NCBI GenBank assembly: GCA_963847705.1
Contig: CAWKBC010000007.1
Location: 75,197 to 139,196 of the forward strand
Length of the DNA: 64,000 nucleotides
From: an uncultured Pseudomonadota bacterium
GTDB lineage: Bacteria; Myxococcota_A; Polyangia; Fen-1088
Direction of reading: 5' to 3'
Part shown: one piece after another, positions 60,423 to 64,000 of the stretch
How positions within the stretch are numbered: the first letter of the stretch is position 1
Layout: each line of letters begins with the position of its first letter
Notes under the pieces: model-generated
What the model was told of the DNA's origin: nothing
The model's input: only the letters and a program-made list of their open reading frames with translations
Databases searched by the model: none
Made by a program: the position numbers and the translations under genes

Positions 60423-61595
60423 TTACGGGCGGCGCGCTTGAATGAGCTCGGCGAGCTGGCTTTCCAGCGCGACCGACGGGTGCGCCATCACCTGCTCGAT
60501 GAGGGCGCTGGACGGCGGCGGTCCGACCGACTGCTCGGCGGCCACGGCCGCCCGGAGCTCGGCCTCCACCGCGGCGCGCATGGCCTCGGCCGCCGCTGCC
60601 TCCAGGACCTTCTCGCGGGCCAGCCAGGCGCCCAACCGAGCGAGGGGGTCGGCGCCGTCGCCGATGCTGTCCGGGAGCACCGCCTCGATCAGCGTCGCCC
60701 CTCCCCCGTGCCGGGCGCGCTCGGCCGCCTCGCGCACGCTGGCCGCGACCGCCAGGAAGTCGCCGCCGTCGACGCGCAGGCCGGCGATGCCGTAGGCGAG
60801 CGCCCGCACCGCGACCGTTTCGGAGGTCATCAGGGACTTCGACTTGCCGTCGTTGAGGCAGACGAAGATCACCGGCAGCCGGAAGACGCCGGCGAAGTTG
60901 AGCCCGGTGTGAAAGTCCTCGGCGTCGATCTCCAGCGCCTCGAGCGTGGCGAGCGCGACGGTCGACCTGTTTTGCATCTTGGCGGCCCAGGCGACGCCTG
61001 CGGCCTGCGGGAGCTGCGTTCCCGCGTGGTCAGAGGCCGGCAGGATGTTGAGCGCGCGCGGCACCGCCGGGCAGCCGGGGAGCCGCCGCCCGCGCGACAG
61101 ATCGTGCGCGTTCCCGAACAGCTGGGCCACCAGCCCGGCCACGGGATACCCGCGGGCGATGGCCGCCCCCGAAGAGCGCCGCCCGGGCGCCACCACGTCG
61201 TCGGGCAAGAGCGCCGCCACCGCGCCGACCACGGCCGCCTCGCTTCCGGCGCTCCCCGCGTACGACCCGATCCGGCCGGCGCGCACCAGCTCGCGCGCCG
61301 ACGCGTCGAGCGCCCGCGCCCGCAACATCGCCTGGTAGGCCGCGCGCAGGGCCGCCGGAGCGAACGCCGGAAGCGCCTGGGGGTCGACCTCACCGTCAAT
61401 CTGACCCTTCGCCTGACCCTTCGCCGACAGGACCGTGAAGAGACCGGTCGCGCGCCGGTAGTCCTCGTCGGTCCAGGCTTCAATCTCGGCGACCTCCGGC
61501 GCGCCCATGCCGGCCCGCACCAGGGGGAGCGTCGACTTCCCGCCGGAGAGCCCGGCCGGCCGAGACGGTGGAACGGATTTTTTCGGCGGCGCCAT
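60423..61595 (-). CDS. 2-oxoacid dehydrogenase E1-alpha-like protein lacking ThDP-binding and catalytic motifs
   Basis: E1alpha scaffold (GRIG.Y, QLFGN, GTQLPQAAG.AWAAK, DFHTGLNFAGVF, RVDG.D, TLIEAV), but GDG is replaced by EAL and the YR..H loop is missing; start MAPPKK at 61595. Confidence 0.85.
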   Translation of the reverse strand: MAPPKKSVPPSRPAGLSGGKSTLPLVRAGMGAPEVAEIEAWTDEDYRRATGLFTVLSAKGQAKGQIDGEVDPQALPAFAPAALRAAYQAMLRARALDASARELVRAGRIGSYAGSAGSEAAVVGAVAALLPDDVVAPGRRSSGAAIARGYPVAGLVAQLFGNAHDLSRGRRLPGCPAVPRALNILPASDHAGTQLPQAAGVAWAAKMQNRSTVALATLEALEIDAEDFHTGLNFAGVFRLPVIFVCLNDGKSKSLMTSETVAVRALAYGIAGLRVDGGDFLAVAASVREAAERARHGGGATLIEAVLPDSIGDGADPLARLGAWLAREKVLEAAAAEAMRAAVEAELRAAVAAEQSVGPPPSSALIEQVMAHPSVALESQLAELIQARRP

Positions 61596-61596
61596 C

Positions 61597-62837
61597 TCAG
61601 CCTCGGCCGACCTCGATCCCGAGCGGCTCGGGCGCCTCGAGCGTCCGTTTGATCTCGGCCACGAACTGCGCGGCGTCGAACCCGTCAACCACGCGATGAT
61701 CGAACGACAGCGAAAGGTTCATGAGATCGCGGATGACGATCTGATCGCCGACCACCGCCGGGCGGCGGGCGATCCGGTGCACACCGAGGATGGCCACCTC
61801 GGGCGGGTTGATGATCGCCGTGGCCATCACCCCACCGAGCGCGCCGAGGCTGGTGATGGTGAAGGTCGAGCCGAGGAGCTCGTCGCGCGTCGCCTTGCCG
61901 GTGCGGGTCGCCTCGGCGAGCCGCTCGATGTCGCGCCCGAGCTCGGCCAGCGATTTGCGATCGGCATCGCGGATCACCGGCACGATGAGCCCGTTCTCCG
62001 TGGCGGTGGCCAGCCCGATGTGGAAGCTGCTCCACTGGATGATCTGGCCGCCCGCCTCGTCGAGCATGGCGTTCATCTGCGGGAATTTCCGCAGGGCCGC
62101 GATCGTCGCCTTGATGATGAAGGGGAGAAACGACAGCTTCTCGCCGCCGCGCTTGTTCAGCTTGGCGCGCAGCGCGACCAGCTCGGTGCAGTCGATCTCC
62201 TCGACATAGGTGACGTGCGGTGCGGTCTGCTTCGACCGCACCAGCGTCTCGGCGATCTTCTTGCGCAGCCCGCGAAACGGAATCCGGACGCCGTCGGTCT
62301 GCGTGCGGGGCGCCGGCGCCGGAGGCGCGCCCCCTCCCCGTGCGCCCGGACGTCGTCCGAGGTGATTCGCCCCGCGCGCCCGCTGCCCGTGACGCCGCGA
62401 ATGTCGACGCCGATGTTACGCGCCAGCTTTCGCGTCGCCGGCGTGGCCAGCACCGCTTCGCCGGTCGCGGCGCCGTTGCCGGTCTTGGTCGCTGGGTTGG
62501 TCGCTGGATTGGTCGCCGGGTTGGTCGCCGGCGAGACGGGCGCCGCAGCCGAAGCCGCCGCGGTGGTCGAACTGGCGCTCGCCGGCTGCGCAGCGTCCCC
62601 CTCGACCTCGATCACAATCAAGACTTTGCCGACCGGGCAGCGCTCGCCCTCGGCGAACAGGCGCTTGGCGACCCGACCGGCCCGCGGCGAGCCGATCTCG
62701 ACCGTCGCCTTGTCGGTCATCACCTCGACCATCGGCTGGTCCTCCTTGACCAGGTCCCCTTCCTTGACCAGCCAGCGCACGACCTCGCCTTCGGCCACCC
62801 CTTCACCGATGTCGGGGAGACGGAACTCGTAGGTCAT
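61597..62837 (-). pseudogene. Dihydrolipoamide acyltransferase (E2), split by a single frameshift (probably a sequence error)
   Basis: Lipoyl domain LPDIGEGVAEG..MTDKA and E3-binding domain ATPATRKLA in one frame; RIPFRGLRKKIA...SFDHRVVDG in another; shift at a G5 run at 62330-62334. Confidence 0.88.
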
Positions 62838-63811
62838 CAGAAGGTCACCACCCGCTCGACCGCGTCGAGGATGCGATCGGCGTCCGGCAGGTACTCGCTC
62901 TCCAGCGTGTAGGGGAACGGCGTGTCGAGGCCGGTCACGCGCACGATCGGGGCCTCCAGGCTCAGGATCGCCTTCTCGGCGATCGTCGCCGCGATCTCGG
63001 CGCCGAAGCCCGAGGTGCGCGGCGCCTCGTGCGCGATCACCACCCGCCCGGTCTTCTGGACCGACTTCAAGATGGCCGCCTCGTCGAACGGCACCAGCGT
63101 CCGCAGATCCAGCACCTCGAGATCGTACCCCTGCGCGACCCCCTTGGCCGCCGCCTCCAGCGCGGTGTTCACCATGGCCGACCAGACGATCACGGTGACC
63201 TGCTTCCCCTCCCGGACCACCTTCGCCTCGCCGAGCGGGATGGTGTACTCCCCCTCGGGGACCTCGGCGCGCGGCTTCCGGTAGTGGAACTTCGGCTCCA
63301 TGAAGATGACCGGATCGTCGCCGCGGATGGCGCTGGCCAGGAGCCCCTTGGCGTCGTACGGGTTCGAGGGGCAGACCACCTTGAGGCCGGGAATGTGCGT
63401 GAAGAGGGCCTCCGGCGACTGCGAGTGGTAGTGCCCCCCCTTGATGCCGCCGCCGATCGGCGTGCGGATGACCACCGGCGCCGAATACTCGCCCCCCGAG
63501 CGATAGCGCAGCTTGGCCAGCTCGTTCACGATCTGGTCGAACGCCGGATAGATGTAGTCGCCGAACTGGATCTCCGGGACCGGCCGCATTCCGTAGAGCG
63601 CCATTCCGATCGCCGTCCCCACGATCCCCGACTCGGCCAGCGGCGTGTCGATGCAACGCTCGGGTCCGAACTCCTCTTGCAGCCCCTCGGTCGCGCGGAA
63701 GACGCCGCCGAACCGGCCGACGTCTTCCCCGAGCACGACCACCCGAGGATCGCGGCGCATCTCGACGCGCAGCGCGTCCCTCACCGCTTCGATCAGGTTC
63801 ATGTCCGCCAT
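62837..63811 (-). CDS. 2-oxoacid (pyruvate/branched-chain) dehydrogenase E1 beta subunit
   Basis: GEDVGRFGGVFRAT, DTPLAESGIVG, EIQFGDY, HSQSPE, FMEPK, DLRTL, HEA. Confidence 0.96.
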   Translation of the reverse strand: MADMNLIEAVRDALRVEMRRDPRVVVLGEDVGRFGGVFRATEGLQEEFGPERCIDTPLAESGIVGTAIGMALYGMRPVPEIQFGDYIYPAFDQIVNELAKLRYRSGGEYSAPVVIRTPIGGGIKGGHYHSQSPEALFTHIPGLKVVCPSNPYDAKGLLASAIRGDDPVIFMEPKFHYRKPRAEVPEGEYTIPLGEAKVVREGKQVTVIVWSAMVNTALEAAAKGVAQGYDLEVLDLRTLVPFDEAAILKSVQKTGRVVIAHEAPRTSGFGAEIAATIAEKAILSLEAPIVRVTGLDTPFPYTLESEYLPDADRILDAVERVVTF

Positions 63812-63969
63812 GACGCCTGGCCACCTACCGTAATCCGCGGTTCGTGGCAAGTCGAGACGGCCGACTCACTTCCCAATCCCTCTGCCAGTGGATCGAAGGC
63901 GGGCTCCGCCCGCCGGAGACTTGCATGCCGAGCCAGATCTGGGCGCGGCTCTCGTCGCGTGAGGGGGCC

Positions 63970-63993
63970 GGCGGGGGAGCGTGCTCCCCCGCC
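63970..63993. repeat. GC-rich hairpin upstream of E1 beta
   Basis: GGCGGGGGAGC-GT-GCTCCCCCGCC. Confidence 0.6.
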
Positions 63994-64000
63994 TACGGCG

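Noticed and set aside
62480-62530. 12-bp repeats (ATNP)n in E2 and similar ATKP repeats at the LipB N-terminus
   Set aside because: Ordinary low-complexity linker expansions.

Overview
High-GC (visually about 70%) bacterial chromosomal window, most likely from a myxobacterium (Myxococcota, Polyangia-like). This is inferred from an FHA-domain sigma-54 activator, a double-FHA membrane protein, a myxobacterial Cys-rich-repeat/fibro-slime lipoprotein and Gly-rich lipoprotein tethers. Content is mostly housekeeping: an M16 peptidase pair; an ECF sigma factor; a Lol/MacB-type ABC + LolA-like + outer-membrane-protein operon; ilvY, ilvD, minCDE, gltBD, thrC/thrA; a sugar ABC transporter; pyc; a Fpg/Nei glycosylase; a TrmH methylase; and a 2-oxoacid dehydrogenase operon (E1beta-E2-E1alpha-like-lpdA-lipB). 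No rRNA, tRNA, CRISPR array, prophage or transposase was seen. The most notable items are: (1) an intact but catalytically degenerate E1alpha paralogue inside the dehydrogenase operon; (2) a dispersed palindromic repeat family, one copy of which is inserted in frame inside lipB; (3) two inverted copies of a ~70-nt element with compensatory base changes between convergent genes, a candidate structured RNA; (4) a complete minCDE operon in an apparent myxobacterium; (5) ilvY with an IlvY-like operator facing a beta-helix lipoprotein gene instead of ilvC. All functional calls come from motif recognition by eye; no database searches were run.
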